Of a stretch of 64,000 nt of DNA, positions 24,201 through 39,200 are shown in pieces. Each line of letters begins with the position of its first letter. Positions within the stretch are counted from its first letter, which is position 1. The notes under the pieces were generated by a model. The model was given only the letters and a program-made list of their open reading frames with translations, searched no databases and was not told where the DNA came from. The translations under genes were made by a program, and so were the position numbers. Source of the DNA: Phoronis australis (lineage: Eukaryota > Animalia > Phoronida); assembly GCA_002633005.1 (NCBI GenBank), contig NMRA01000064.1, positions 1,000,360 to 1,064,359 on the forward strand. Direction: 5' to 3'.

Positions 24201-27200
24201 CAAGGCAGGTTTATAGCCATTTGAAGCTTTCTTGAAGTCAAGAGCTATGACTGTTAAATGCTACCTGGAGTAGCTGTTTTAAATGCTTATTTGGGCAGGA
24301 CGTTCTTTTTACTGCTAACCTTGTATGGTTTAGAAGCTTTCATCTATATTTACTGCATGCTAAATGATTTCGTGTTTGTGTGTAGCTTGTGACTATGTAT
24401 GGATTTTCAAATGTTATGAATTTTGAGCATCTATTTCTCTAACTCAAAAAATCAGCTGAAAGTCAAAATGCCTTAAAATGTATCAGAGTTTCCAAGTACA
24501 AGATTGGTGAAGATCCAGGCTGAAAACACGAGAAAATATGGAAATAGTGGAGAGGACAACATCGTACTAATAATACGTATCCTGAGTGACAGTGTGTAAT
24601 TTTAATTTGCACACAGAATTTCCCTTTTGTGATTGATCAATTGCAGTTGGTTTGCGAATCATTGACCAATAAAAAATTCACTTACTTGACATGGTATTGT
24701 GGGACACCATTTGCTTAGGAAATCGTGTCAAGATGTTGAGTGCAGAATTTTGGAGACCAAAACTCTTAGGATCTAGGTTATATTTCAAAAACGGGAAAAG
24801 GAATTGACTATGTTTCATCATGCTGACTTCAGCACTGACAACCTTGTCACAACATCAGCATGGATCAAGAATTACAAAATATGGAGATGTGCTGAACGGT
24901 GGTCTGGTGGGGAGAAATCACCCATGCTGACCACAAAAGCCAAAACATCGGGGTATGATGAGCCGAGCTTTCCTGCAATGCAGCTTTTTTGGACGAACAC
25001 GGTTTAAAACTGAAATTTTTTGTTTCTTTAGGTGTATCACACCATATTTTGATTGAAACTTTAACTTTCTGAAAATATTGGAAACCATGCAAGCTTTCAC
25101 TCACAAAATATGGATTTTTAACACGAAGGTTACAGATTATGTACAAATGGGTCGGCAGCCCTGTTATTACCATGTTTGAAAGTGATGCCCCTTGGTCCTT
25201 AGTGAAATCACCGTGCTATCCGCCCTCTTCAGATCACATTGGCCACTCGCACATGACCTTCGGCTGCATTGAGAAGACATCAGAAGGCTTCACATTGAAA
25301 CCACTGAAGCAGAAACAGATGGTGGATGGTTTGTGCTACTTACTACAAGAGATCTATGGTATTGAGAACAAGTTGCCTGACTCTAACAAGGTGAGATACT
25401 CGTCTCTTGTACCTGCCACAGGCTACAATCCAGTGGCTGGATGTATAGATACACTAGTTTTCAAAACTTTTATTTGAGAATTCACCAAAATGCCACGCGG
25501 AAAGTTTTCAGGTAATTTTCAAATTATTTTAATGCTGTTTACGTCTGTGTAGACCAGATACTTTATATTGATGAGACTTTATAATGCAACATTAGGAAGG
25601 CAAACCTTCTGATGAGGAGATGGACTTTTAGATGGAGGAGAGGATTCTGATAGTAGTCGCATTGGTTCATTTATTAACACATAGTTAATATCGGCAAAAT
25701 TGACATCGTTAGCATTGCCACAGCAACTGTCAGTGTGGAATGAAGGTCAAACCGTACAATCATGTAGAATTTCAGAATTTACCTTTTACATGAAATCTGA
25801 TGTTCTAGTTTTCATGCGAGCATCCATCTGTGATACTGTGATGGCAACTTGAATGAAATTGCACTGTTTTGAACCGTGACACAGCAGTGGCATTCATCAA
25901 TGCTATCTGAGTTCGTCGAATGAAAAGAAGATGCATCCTTCCTATCACAACTCTGTCTATCCCAGTTGTCTGTCCGTCCCATTTTTGGGCTCAATCTTCC
26001 CATTGGCAGTCCAGGATTCATACTGGGTTGTAAAGCTTGTTGATGTTACCGACTAAAACCGATAATGTTTATCTGTTATTTCCTGGGTTGAGCCTTTTTA
26101 AGCTTGATGAATTTCGATAAAAGTTGACAACTTTTTTTTCAAAACTATCAATTGATCCCCTTTATAGTCTTGAATGTTAAACACCATTATAAGCTAGAAT
26201 GGTGGAAGTCAACGTCAAATACTTAGTAAGATACTGCCTTTTGCAACCTTTGGTGTAAACAGGTTGTCAATATTTGTTTTTCCCTGCATATGTCTATCTT
26301 TGTACCTGACTTGGCTGTTTTCATATGTCTCATTGCAGACTCAGCAGGAGGATGACTATGATGAGATGGGGTCAGAGTGCGTTATTTGCATGTGTGATAT
26401 ACGCGACACACTGATCCTGCCCTGTCGACACATGTGTCTGTGTAATGGATGTGCCGACTCGCTGCGCTACCAAGCTAACAACTGCCCCATCTGTAGGTCG
26501 CCGTTTCGCGCCCTGCTGCAAGTCAGGGCAATGAGGAAGAAACTGCCTAATGCTCCAGAGGTATGCTTGTTAAAGCTGAGATTTTTTATGCGCCCACACA
26601 CGTATATGTATACTGTTGTGTGAGTACATTATGCCTGTCTGCCCATGCTGCTGATGCCCACTGCTATTTTTCCAAAATCCCTTGATGGAAGTTTGTGAAA
26701 TTTTTGCGCACATGTTCGTGTCGTGGATAGGACCACACGGGAAAATTTTCGGACGGAACTAGTTACTGATGTGTCTTCTGGCAATTTTTATTTTTTTGCA
26801 TTTGCTTCTGTAGGTTTAGATTTCCTTCACATGTTTTCATCAAATTTGGCAAGTAGGTATCTAATAGGTGTCTATTGAGGAGATGCCAGCTTCTTGCTTC
26901 CGGATGGTTTTTTTGTATACTTAGTGGCGTTTTTGCTGTTTTGAGTCTGTTTTTGCCTTGCTATCTGCCAAATCTCTGTAAGGATGATTATGAAAATTGG
27001 TGTATGTGTTCCTACTGTGAAGAGGAGGACCGACTGTGATTTTCGGACGGCTCTGACTGCTGTGGCGCCTCCTAGTGGCAGTTGTGTTTGCTTTGCATCT
27101 GAAGCTGCATCTCATAAACCTGTGCAGGAACTTTGTTAAATTTGTCAAGTGTTATGATGGGGACGACTTTTGGTTGGATTGGACTATAACTGGGCCCCCC

Positions 27201-30200
27201 TATTGGCAATTCCATTTTTACATATTCCTCTGTATCTTTATACAAGGTCCTTGGTGGGTCTTCTTAAATATGGCTCGTAACTATTGAGGAGATTGAGTAC
27301 AAATGATGTGGATTTTGACACAAATCTAACTACTGCTGCAGAGCCGCCAAGTAGTTATTTTGTTTTTCTTTGCGTTCCTTGATGGATGTTCATGAAACTT
27401 GGCAAATAAATTGCCATCTCTTAGAAAACAGCACGGGCCCTTTTTCAGACTGATTTGACCTACATTGCACTTCCTAGTGGCCTTTCTATTGTTTTTGTGT
27501 CCTTTGTCTTTTGCGTCCCTATACTCCAAACTTTTTAAAGAATCATTTGTCGCTATAAAATGGCATTAGAGTTTAATGTGAGGTTATATGGCCTAACCAG
27601 TTATTGTTTATTTGCAAATGGTCTTGCAAGTTGTTGCAATTTTGAGGACCTTGTCCTAAATTTTCTGAAATTGAAATATTCTAGTCAAAAAGAATATATA
27701 ACTTTAGTTGCTGTTTTGTTCGTCGAAACTTTCTCGAATTCCGACACTGTCCAGCTTAGTTTGAAATATGTTGTACCTGACTGATCCTGTATTGCTTTGC
27801 CTTATATTTTTTGATATGTTCAATATGTTAGTTAAATCATTGCAGCCTGCGGAAAGTGATGAACCAGCAGTGAGTCAAGAAGGAGTGCCCCCCGGCTATG
27901 AGGCAGTAACATTGATTGAGGCTCTCAATGGACCCCTGGTGCAGTCTCCTTTAATGGAAGGTATAGTGTGTTCATTTACTTTGTATATTTCAGAATAGTT
28001 AGTTTTGTTTATGTGGTCTATGATCATGTTCAAGTATATTTATGTTTGAAACTTTTATTGCGATCTTGATATTTGTAAATCAAGATGAATTTCATTTCTA
28101 ACATTATCCACATATTGTAAAAAGAGACACGTGCAATATTAACAGATTAATGTGATCTCACTGTGACATTGAAATTTTTATAATCTTACTTCCTAGACTC
28201 CTGCCATCTTAACGTTTCTCAAACTTGTATTAGTCAGATCCCTGTTGGTGGCCTTCCGTCTGGCTGCCATGTTGGGTCTTTAAAGTGTTTTTACTGAGGG
28301 CGCTGGGTGCCTGTTTTTGTATACTCTTGTTTCATCTGGTACTGTATTTATAGAACTTTGAGTGAGCTGACATCTAGTGCTCTGGCTGATAGTGTTGAGC
28401 TCTTAGTAAACTTTGACTGTGGACCCTTTGTCATTGTCTCTTTTATTATAGGTTACCTGATTTAGATATACGTTGGGTAGTGACATTTTGTCAGAATATC
28501 TGTTTTTTTTTGCTTTTCAATAATTATTGAATTTAAAACGTAGTTTAATTTGTATTAGATTCTGAAGACTTCAGTCTGTGACAATTTGATATTTTGTTTA
28601 AATCTGCATTTCGCCCAGTTTGGCTGGCTAACAAATGAAAATCGAATTTGGCATTTTACTGTGTTAAAACTAGTCTCGTAATAGTATTTGTGTTAGGATT
28701 CCATTTCCATACCAAAAAGAACATAAAAACCATCAGTGAGTGACACAAGAGTTCTAGAGTTTATTAGTGTTAACCAGCCCCAAAATTGCAAATTTGAAAC
28801 TCTCACGTGTACATATTGCCAGTGACTTGAAACTGTCACATGTACATATTGCCTTTGACTTGAAACTGTCACATGTACATATTGCTTGTGACTTGAAACT
28901 GTCACATGTACATATTGTCTGTGACTTGAAACTGTCACATGTACATATTGCCTGTGACATGAAACTGTCACATGTACATATTGCCTGTGACTTGAAACTG
29001 TCACATGTACATATTGCCTGTGACTTGAAACTGTCACATGTACAGTCTTATAGCCTGTGACTTAGGGTATGGAATCCTGCTTTTATAAGGAATATTAAGA
29101 GACTGATGTTATGAATGTAAATCGCCTATTTTAGTGTTTTACAGAGCTAAATGAAGGTAATGTAGCTTAAAGTGATGGCCATTAATCGGTATATAAGAAA
29201 CTTCCTCAGGGGGAACATCTGGTTCCTGAATGCAGATTAGGACCGATGTCTCATTTTAAGCTACCATTTGTTCTTTTGTGAGAGATTCATTTCACAAGTT
29301 TGATGTTGTTTGACTGGCTATGTGCCCAGATCATTATTTATATTGATTGAACATTATCCTGGCAAAAGAGCATTAATGCTTTTTCCAGTAGATTACTCCA
29401 CTGCATTTCAGACATAAACAAACTACTCTCAATCAAGCGTGGTGAGTGGGCAATAGCTTTTGAATGCAAGTTTAGTCTTTTTAAGCCTTGTTGTATATTT
29501 ATGCAAGCATTAATACAAGTGCGATTGAAGACAACACTGGGTTCTGACGATTCTGTCTTCGTGATAGTCCTCTCATAATTTGGGAACAACGCACACTCTT
29601 GTGTTGGGACATTATTGTTGGTTCTTCTATCGGACAGTTTTGTCATCGTCCGAGAAGGCTAAAAAACCATGATGAACAGGACATAAGTTGATTGGTCACC
29701 TCCAACTGTTGACATCCAAACTATGATAATGGAACCCACGTCTCTCCATGTCTAGTCACATTTTACTAGCATCCCAGTAAAGGATGCTGTTGATCTAATA
29801 TTATGTCATGTATATGATCACTCCACTAAAGCGCCACCTAGTGTCCCTGGCAGCATGTTGAGAGAGATACTTTGGTATACCACACACGTGCCCTTTAAGA
29901 ACATCAATGGCAAGTTATTCCTACAGGACAGAGGGCCTCCCTGGCTAATCCATTAGATCCCAGTTTGTTGATTACTGTACAGAAAATATGGTTATTTCGG
30001 ATGACAACAACAAACCTGCACTTTATAGACAATATGGATAGTGTCATATATGGCTGGTGTGAGTGAATGCTTTGAAAATACATTTGACAATACCTCAAGA
30101 AGAAGCTTCCATTTCTTGGTGTGTTGACATCTGCACCTGCACAATGATATGTTGGGCATAAGGTTTGAGCATTGTCTAGACAATTGCAACTGCATCTTTA

Positions 30201-33200
30201 CTATGCTTCGATGCAAGAACAGATTTTGAATCATGGAAGAAAAATGACTAGAGCTGAGGTTGTTATGTGCTCCTATGTTAGATGTTTTGAGAGTTGTTTC
30301 TTTTATCGCAAAACAGACAATGTAAAAATAATAATACAAAGCAGTGTCCCGAGGGGGGGAGGTGTCATTGTGTGCCTCAAGTTGTTGGATGCTGTGTTCT
30401 TTATATTTGAGAGCCTGGATCTGAACCTGTCAAGACATGGTGTATACTTAGTCGTTTGTCTCTGTACACTGTGGTATCTGATAGAGGTCTCTGCATTTTG
30501 TGAAGTTCGCTTCACCCTTCAATTTGTTGATCAAAGAATAAATTCAAATAATACGTACTTACGTTCTTTCCTTTCTCTCAATAAGCTTTGGTAAGTTGTT
30601 ACACCGTGTTTCAACAAAAGAGTGTGTGGTGTGCGGAAATTATGGGAGGTCTCTGAGAAAGCTAGTCAGAATTGGAAGAAGCCTGTGTTGTCTGCAGTTG
30701 TACCTTTTGGTAAAATGTGCCACCAACTTACACAAGCATTTGTTTAGTGTTCTGAAGCTTTTGTATTGCGTTTGATTGGCAAGACCCTCGCTGTATACGA
30801 TCAATGATTGGGTTGCTTTTCATCAAGTCATTGCCATTTAACTCAAGATTTTTGTTTCCTTTATTTCCTGAAGGAATAACATCTTTGACACTGCTGTGTA
30901 TTACTTAAGAGAAAAGATATTAATAAATGTGAGTCTGTAAGCTGGTTGTCAAAGAGACGTGCTTCATGAAACTATCTGAAAAACACATATCTTCAGAGCG
31001 CCTAGTAGTTTACAAATTTAAAAGTGACGTAACCTTTAATGAAGTGTTGGCATTGCCTGGACGCATCACATAAAACCCTGAAAGTAACAAATATGGTTTC
31101 CATGCATGGAAAACTCGTGGACAATAAGTGTGTAGAAACTTTAATACAATAAAACAAAAACCTTCATTTTGTGGGTCACCTCAGGGGCAATAATTAATGA
31201 AAATAACTAACATAGGTCTACTTTTTGTGGAAATTATATCTTGGGAAATGAAAATTTCATCTTGGTGAACTCGTGGAAAATTGTAGTGTAGTATGAGGTC
31301 GAACCACGATTTGTGTCTGGCAGTTTGATACTATCCACTTCTGAAAGCATTAGCTAAGGGCCAGTTGTATTACTCATAAGTTGCCCCCCCCCCCCNCCCC
31401 CCCCCCCCATTGACAAACTCTGACATTACAGTCAGTGCAGTAAGTAACCTACACTGGTGGTTTTATGATACATAAATTTTATTTGAATCAACAAATCACG
31501 TTAGTCATGAACATTTTTTCCCAGTATTAATTCATCAAAATTTGGTGGAACTCGGAATCCCGGCAAATTTGTGTCCCCGTGTAAAAATATCCCAGTAAAA
31601 AATTTTAATTTACTTGAAAAATATGGGGGATTACTTCTACTAATATTCACATGGAAATGGCACTATTGACTCATCTCAGAGATGACTGGTGATTCATTAG
31701 TAAACTCCATGAATATTGAGTGGGATTTTGTCGTGTTAAGGAAAGCTATAGAATGGAAAATATTCATCTTAAGTCTAACTTTACAAATCACTACAGCGCA
31801 TAAAAACGTGTTGGCTCTACTTTGATTTTGCCTTCCATGATACTATATAGCTATACTAATTCTTGTCACTCACGAATGGCTTATATATAGACTTTTACTG
31901 TATTAGAGTATTGCAGCAGCAAATCTTCCTTCAGAGGAGTTTTGTTGAACATGACATTTCATTTATTTTGAATGACCTTAATAGATAAATGCTGTAATTG
32001 GGCCCTCTTGGTAAGCAGTGCTATCACTGAAGAGGCCACCCTCATTTTAAATATCACGTAAATAAATTGAGGGTGGGCTGATCACGCGTTAGGCATCATA
32101 TTCAACATGGCTCATGAGAGACTGCATTTTTTAAATGTGATTTGAATATGAAGTCTGTAATATTCGCTTTTTTGTGCTTCCCTCACTGCCATGAGCCTGG
32201 GTCATCTTTTACATCAATTGACGCCTGCCACGAAATCTGCCTGCTTCCAATTACAAATGAAACGTCGTGTTCAACAACACTTTACACCATTGTTTATGCA
32301 TGATCAATGTCTGCTTGGCATGTACTCGGCCATTGTTCCTAATGAATAAAGTTGATGTTACCCACAGTCTTACAGTTGCCCTGCATTCTGTTGTCTTCAC
32401 TCTGGCAACATAACTGACTGATGTTGTTGATCCAGATGTTGTTGATCAAGATGTTGTTGATTTAAGATGTTGTTGATCAAGATATTGTGAACAAGATGTT
32501 GTTGAGTATGGTCAATTTATGTTCAATTTTTGCACAATGGATGCTTTGTGTCCTGAAGTGTTGTGCTAAAAACTAAGCATACTATGCAGTTTGGTCATCA
32601 TAAACTCCTGGCAGTGCTTGGCTGGCAGATGACTACATTTTTATACAGCTGCACAACTTTGTTCATGAAGTGACACAGATGACTGTCTGTCTGTATTCAA
32701 GTTTTAGAAATTTTAGGAATGCTATTGTGTACATACCCATTCATCGTTTTAAAATTTTGAGATATTCCCCAATGTGTAATTGCATTTCCTTGCTCTAAAA
32801 TGGGATTTCTCCAAGTCTTTGGGTAACCTCTTGACGAACATTGCACTATCACCTGTCATCTGTGGAAAAAATGAGTATTGGGAGAGTCTCTGACTGGCTC
32901 TAGTGAGATAATAGTTGTGACTGTGGACAGAAGTGCTTACATTTTTTCCATGGTTTGTCCTCATTCTATTCATATGATAAAGATACTAGGGACCTTTCTT
33001 CATTAGCTCCACCTGTGGAGTGGATATGGAATTGACCATTGTGAACTATCCTGGATGTTAGAGATGTTGCGATTAGAAGAATTTCCTATTTCTAGTTTCC
33101 AATCTGTCGCGAGTAAAACCTTGATGGTACAACATTAAATTACTTCCAACCGGCTTAATGTTTTCGTTTTCCCCAGGTAATCGTCGACCAGTGTCACCAA

Positions 33201-36200
33201 CAGGAAGTCCTCATGTAGAACGGCGGAGGTCTGCCAAGAGGTATGACCTTGTAATGACCTTGTAAATTGTGATCAACAACAGGAATTTTAGTGTGGCAGT
33301 AGTTGTGTTAGTCATTTAGATGTGCACAAACACATACTCTTGTGCTGATGTCATTATCTAAAGTAGTTTAAAAAATTTGCTTGCTGGTTGTGACTCTACT
33401 TAAGGTTTCATGTTCGTGTGTGTTTTGCCAGTCGTGGTAATTATTAAAGGTTGCCATAAACCAACTATCTGGCGAACATTAACTTTTGATGTAGGCCAGC
33501 TGTTGTGAGTGGTCTCCCGTGTTCCTTACTCAAAGCTGAACAGGCCAGTAAGTGACGCCTTGTCTCAATCAGTTTCTGTCAGTTCTTCAGAAGACCAGAA
33601 AACACTTCTGAATCCCAAAGGAATACGTTAAGAACAGTCTTATATCTGTGGCCACAATCAAATGTTTGTGCTACTTAAAAGAAGTAATGTAACTCATGTA
33701 ATGAGTTGCTGCACTTCGTATGCTTGCGAAATTTATGTTCAACCTGCTTGCTTTGCGAAGTATTGCTTTGCAATTAATATCTCAACATTCCAAAATGTAC
33801 AAGGCTTCATTTCCAAGCCCCTGAAAGTGATAATGAGACCTTGCGTTTTCTCATATCTAGAATCTGTATCATAACATTGTCATCAAATATTTCCATAATA
33901 CTGCCCAAACCAATGCAATGGCCCAGTTCTTTCTACTACCGGTCAGCGTGGCTGTGAGAGTCTATTTAATACACCAAAAGATACCCTGTTTTTCCGCAAT
34001 AGTGGAAAATTGACGGAATTCTAGAAGTTTTCATGGAATTAGATTTTTGGAATGGAATTCATCTAAGTATTTCATTAGTAGTCAATATCGTAATTGTAAC
34101 TTTTTTGTTTTATTTTTAATTACCACAAGCTAAGACTAAGCCATCAAACCCCACAATTGCAGTCCCACATCTATCCACCATTGTTTGCAGCAGACATTAG
34201 TTGTTCATTGTCTCTGAAGGGAGCGCTGCTCTATTACTGGTTTGAGAAACAATCAACATGACATGCAGCAAGTTCTTGGTAAAACAACAGCCGTCTGTAT
34301 AATTCATTGTAAAGTAAGGCAATTCCCATGTCATTTTGAGGTACTTATTGCCTTGAAATAGTTAAAATGTATTTACTAAGTTACCAACTGGGAAAAAGGA
34401 GTTTTATGTTTGCTAAAACAGATTTTTTTTTGAAAATGGAAAATCATGACCTCTGGATGAAGAATTGAACTCTCATGACTTGAAACACTCCAAAATTGAC
34501 AAGGTTATGGAGCAAAGTTGATGATATCGTATAATTTTCACGTTAGTGGTTCTGAGAAATTACACACCACTGAATGTGTGCACGTCTTAATACAAATTTA
34601 TGTGTTTGAAGCACTGTCCATGGGCTGTGTTTTGACTACGTTGCTTTCTCTCCATTCACGCTGTGTGTTGCAACCACGCTTAAAAATTTTGTGTTTTTTC
34701 CATTTTCTTCAAGCAGTATGGTCATCACGTGTCTATCTTGTCTAACCTCTCCTGCCTTGGAGTGCTGTGCTATGGTGTGGTCTCTTATTCTCTAGAATTT
34801 CCTCTGCGGGCACTACATCATTAAGAGGCTCCATTGTTCACGAAGAGTGCGAGACCACTCGCGTCGCCACCGAGGTCGGCGCAGTAGAAGATGGGCGGGG
34901 CACGCCAGAGGTAGTCATGTCTGGCCAACAGATGGAGCCAGTGAAAGATTCCAAGGACAACAACAACCATGGGCACGTGTGCTTGTACTGCTCCCACTGT
35001 ATTTTGTTCTTGTGCTTGCTGCAGCAAAATAACAGCAATGCGGAGAAGATAGAGTATACGTCATAACCAAATAACAATAATGTGGAGGAGATATAATAGT
35101 ATATGTCATAACCAAATTATGTCAGTAGTTGTGTTCTAATGTACTGATTTAGCTCAACGCTGAACTCACTTCACAAGGGGAGATCAATTATGATGCTAGT
35201 GCCCAGCTTGTAAATTAAATGGCAAGAAGCTGAAACGTAAATGTATCTCAGACACTGCATACTGGTAATGTGGCCGTCGGTATTAAAGGTACACCAACTT
35301 GTGGATGGACGAGCTCACCCTGAGTGGAATGCACACAAAATTTTTCTGTTTTTTACTCTTTATTTTTCAAGCTCTAGGTATAAATGTGTCACATAGACTT
35401 TCTTAGTGACCAAGCTTTCCTGTTTCTACATAACTTACTGGGTTTTCTTTTCAAATATCATTCTATAGTCTTATGTTTGTGTGTTTTATTGGTGAGCATA
35501 GATACCTGTAATTCGTGTCTCCGTTTCAGTGAACTAATGTGGTTGCAATTTAAAAATATGAATGTGATTATGCAAACAAATGCAGCATGTATATGTTAAA
35601 AAATTTAACTCATGACTACTGGATTTACTTTAAAATAAACTTCCCGATGTTGTGGAGCCACCCAGCTCCTTCTACTGGAATTAATGACCCTTTCTTCCTG
35701 CAAAAATTTCGACACCCTCTGCTAATGTTTGTCAATGACAACTGTAAGGCCATGGACCATTAGCCATATATTTTAAATTTGACACCTGGATGAATGATAA
35801 CATCTATGTCAAAAGGCAACATATGCTAAATGCAATGCACAGTTGGTCTTCAAAACTGGATTCAGTACTTCCTGGGGAAAAGTTTCATCTATGGACTAAA
35901 CCAAAATGTGTTTTCAAAAAACCTCATAAATGTTATTGAAGTCAGTCTAGTTTTGTGGAAGATTGGTAAGGAAGATATAGACTGTTGAAATGATGAGAGG
36001 ATATTCCTCATTTTTGTGACTACTGTTCGTACTGTTGTGTTGTAATGTTTCCATTTTCTTTACAGTCGAAGATCGTCTGCAAAAAAGAGAAGTCCAGTGA
36101 AAGGAGAGCAGGTTGATGTAGTCACTGACTCGGTGGAAGTTGTTAATGAAACTGTAGAGGTAAACATTTGGGTAAACATCACCTGTAGTGTCCTCTAACA

Positions 36201-39200
36201 AGATACTGTGTGAAATAAAAATGCATTGCCGGAGATGAATAGAGTATTGTAATTTTGCATATCCACATCACTTCAAAGTATTCAGTAAAACCTGAATGTG
36301 TTTTTTCTTGAAAAAGAGACTGGGTCATGAGAGGAGTATGTTTTGTTAGAAAAGTTATCGTTGTATGTGGGAATGAAAATAAGGTGTAAGAGAGGGATTG
36401 TTGTGGTGGTACATATTAGATAAAATGTGACTCGAGACCAAGCCTTAGGAACACTTACCGGGTCACCACCAACGTCCAGCGCAATATCTACCTTCTGGTC
36501 ATATTTTCGCTTTAAACTTCATTTGCTCATCTCGATGCCCACCCACAGTCGATGGGATCTTGTTGAATGCCTGCCATGTGATTGGATAACAAATTAAATC
36601 GAATACTGGAAATAACGACTCTTATTTAGCACTGTTGTGTCTGTATCCCACTGACTTAGCTCAGCAGTGGGGTTAAGATTTCTATTCTCTGTTATATGAA
36701 ACAGATGCATTGCTGATTTAATGTGTCACTAAAAGGCTATGTCTACGTGATTTTCAAAACTGGAGTTGCCAAAGTGATGTCCACGGTATGTGGACACAAC
36801 ATCATTAAATATGAGTGCTTAGTGCCAGTATTTGGTTATTTATTTAAATCAAGTCGGTGTTCTAGCATTGTTGTGTTAAATTTGCTTGGGAATATACCTG
36901 CACTCTCATGTTTCATTTGCTTAGGAGTCCGACATAAACATAGGTGTTGTAGTATGTATGTATTTATTTATTGTAGTGACAAGTACAATTAAATCAAACA
37001 GATATAGGTATAACATTCATAAGAAAGATAAGTACCCAGCCCAGTTGGGCTTATGAGTCACTTTAACCACAGACTATAATCTATGCTTTGACCACACAGC
37101 TCAGATGTAGGCCTACCATAAATGCGTCGGTTTCTAATTTCAGATTAAAGCAGACTTGATATATTTGGCAAATTGCCTTGGGAAATACTGAAATAGCAGT
37201 TTTAACGTATCTAATCTACTGAAATCTGCAAAGTTCGGGATTTAAAGTGAAGCATTATTAAACAGAATAGACCTTCGTGAGTTGTAAAGAGAAAAATCAA
37301 ACACAAAATGTGGCCTATCCTCCACAGAACCAGAATCACAACACAAGCAAAGAATTCACGTACAGGAGTGTTTACATAACGACCAGTTTCCAAGTGCAAT
37401 GGGAGATTTCCTCTGCTCTGAGCTGAGCCAGAAGAGATTGCTCAGAATGAGAAAAATTAATCTTTACATACGGCTCAGTTAAAAACTCGTGCTTAAATAA
37501 AATGTAGGTTCTTAACTTGGGTTTTGTTACAACAGATTCAGCCCGAGCATGTTTCGCGTATTCAAATAGTTTGTTTCTAGCATCTGCTATGTTACAAGTA
37601 GTCAAATTTTGAAAACAGGATTGCATGCCAGTTATGTTAAACAAATTTTTGATTCTGTATATCCAACCCTTTTTACCAACAGAGTAGTCCCATAGAAATA
37701 CCTTCTTCAGTAACCTATCACCACTTGTGGTTACTAGTTTGTTCCAAAGTCGCAGCATATTCAATTTAAATCTATTTTCGGTGGAGTCCCACCCCATATA
37801 GCCACTAACAGCACGAGTGGCAATGTAAATCTGTTGACCCCTAAATAAAAACGCATAGCTCTGTTTTGGATATTTTCATCATTACCAAAATTTTTGTAAC
37901 CCCAAAGAGATGACCCGTAATCCAAAATTGGTGCCACACTCGAATTAAATAATGTTTTAAACGTTTCAAATCCTAGATTCTTGTTATCACAGAATGTTGA
38001 GCATATCTTTCCTAACGCTCTACCAGAAGCTTTAGATAACGTATTCAAGTTTTCTTTGAAGTCAAGGTGTTGATCCAGAATACAGCCTAAATATTTGTAT
38101 GAGGATTTATAACTGCTGACACTGTTCAAAATAAATTCAAAATTGCTTCTAGGCATAGACTTAGCTCGAAAATGGACAACATATTTAGTTTTTGCCATGT
38201 TCACAACCATTCTCCACTTTTTACACCAGTTGTTTAAAACATATCTTGCATGCCATTTTCATTCTCAGACAAAAGTGCAATATCGTCAGCATAAAGAAGC
38301 ACAGAAATATTGTTCGGGCCACGATGGGCACCTTTACCCAGTTTTTTAATATCCAGAGTTAAGTCATTTATATAAAATGCAAAGAGTGTCGGGTGTTAGC
38401 CCTAATCAACTGTTAGGAGTAAACAGTAAACATACCCCCTCCACCAACATGATTGACTTTATGCCGTGGCACATCCCCTTTTTAAACCCTCTGGTCATTA
38501 ATGTGGACGACTATGGTAGTTTCGTGGTTTGTTTTTCAGACTGATAAGGTTGAGGATGGTGTTGCGTTAGGTGCTGAGGCTGCTTGTGACAGGCCAGTAG
38601 TGGAAGTGTCACACCACACAGATGAACAGTGCATGGGTAAGTGGAGGAGTCATACTAACACGAAGTCTGTGTATTAACCGTTCAGCATAGTGCTGGCAGT
38701 GTTCACATCAGTCTCATGTCATTGCTCGTATATGAAGCTACATTTACTGTAAGTTGCCTGTTTTTGTACTGCGTCATTTGTCACTGCCACAGTTCCTTGC
38801 TGGTCATGAGTTAGTCAAGGTTGTGTGGGACCTTATTGGCATGAGTGTACATTTAGTTAAATATCTTTGTTGATGTGTGGAGAACCGAGTTACAGATTTC
38901 AATGAAAGTTGACACAGTGGTTTGTGATGACAATGCGGCAGCACCATTAAATTTTCCTTGGGATTCGACCACTGTAGTACCTCCTAGTGGCCATTTTGTC
39001 TTCAAAGTGGGCTTTTCAAGTGTTGTTTGGGGGGAAAAGCGTTTCCAGATGATATCTAAAGAACAAATTGACAGATTTCATTGAAACTTGACACAGGGGT
39101 AGATTGTGAGATTGCGCCGGCACCGTCTGATTTTCGGGCAGATTTGACTGGTGTGCCTCCTAGTGGCCATGTTGTGTGAGAGCATTTCTTGATGATATGT

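Noticed and set aside
28693-29060. Periodic His/Cys ORFs (HVHIACDLKLS)n etc.
   Set aside because: Translations of a 33-bp tandem repeat in an intron, with no gene context.
30303-30515. Faint GIY-YIG-like wording on the minus strand; also LINE-tail-like wording at ~28200-28430
   Set aside because: Too degenerate to call by eye. Probably old retroelement debris.
31384-31408. Poly-C run containing an N (similar poly-G with N near 45325-45348; NN at 60570-60571)
   Set aside because: Homopolymers with ambiguous base calls. Lengths are unreliable, so not interpreted as functional G-quadruplexes.
33495-33547. Possible extra MGRN1 exon (TGTAG...GTAAGT)
   Set aside because: It would enter in phase 2 and exit in phase 1 or 0, which is incompatible with the phase-2 exon at 34796.
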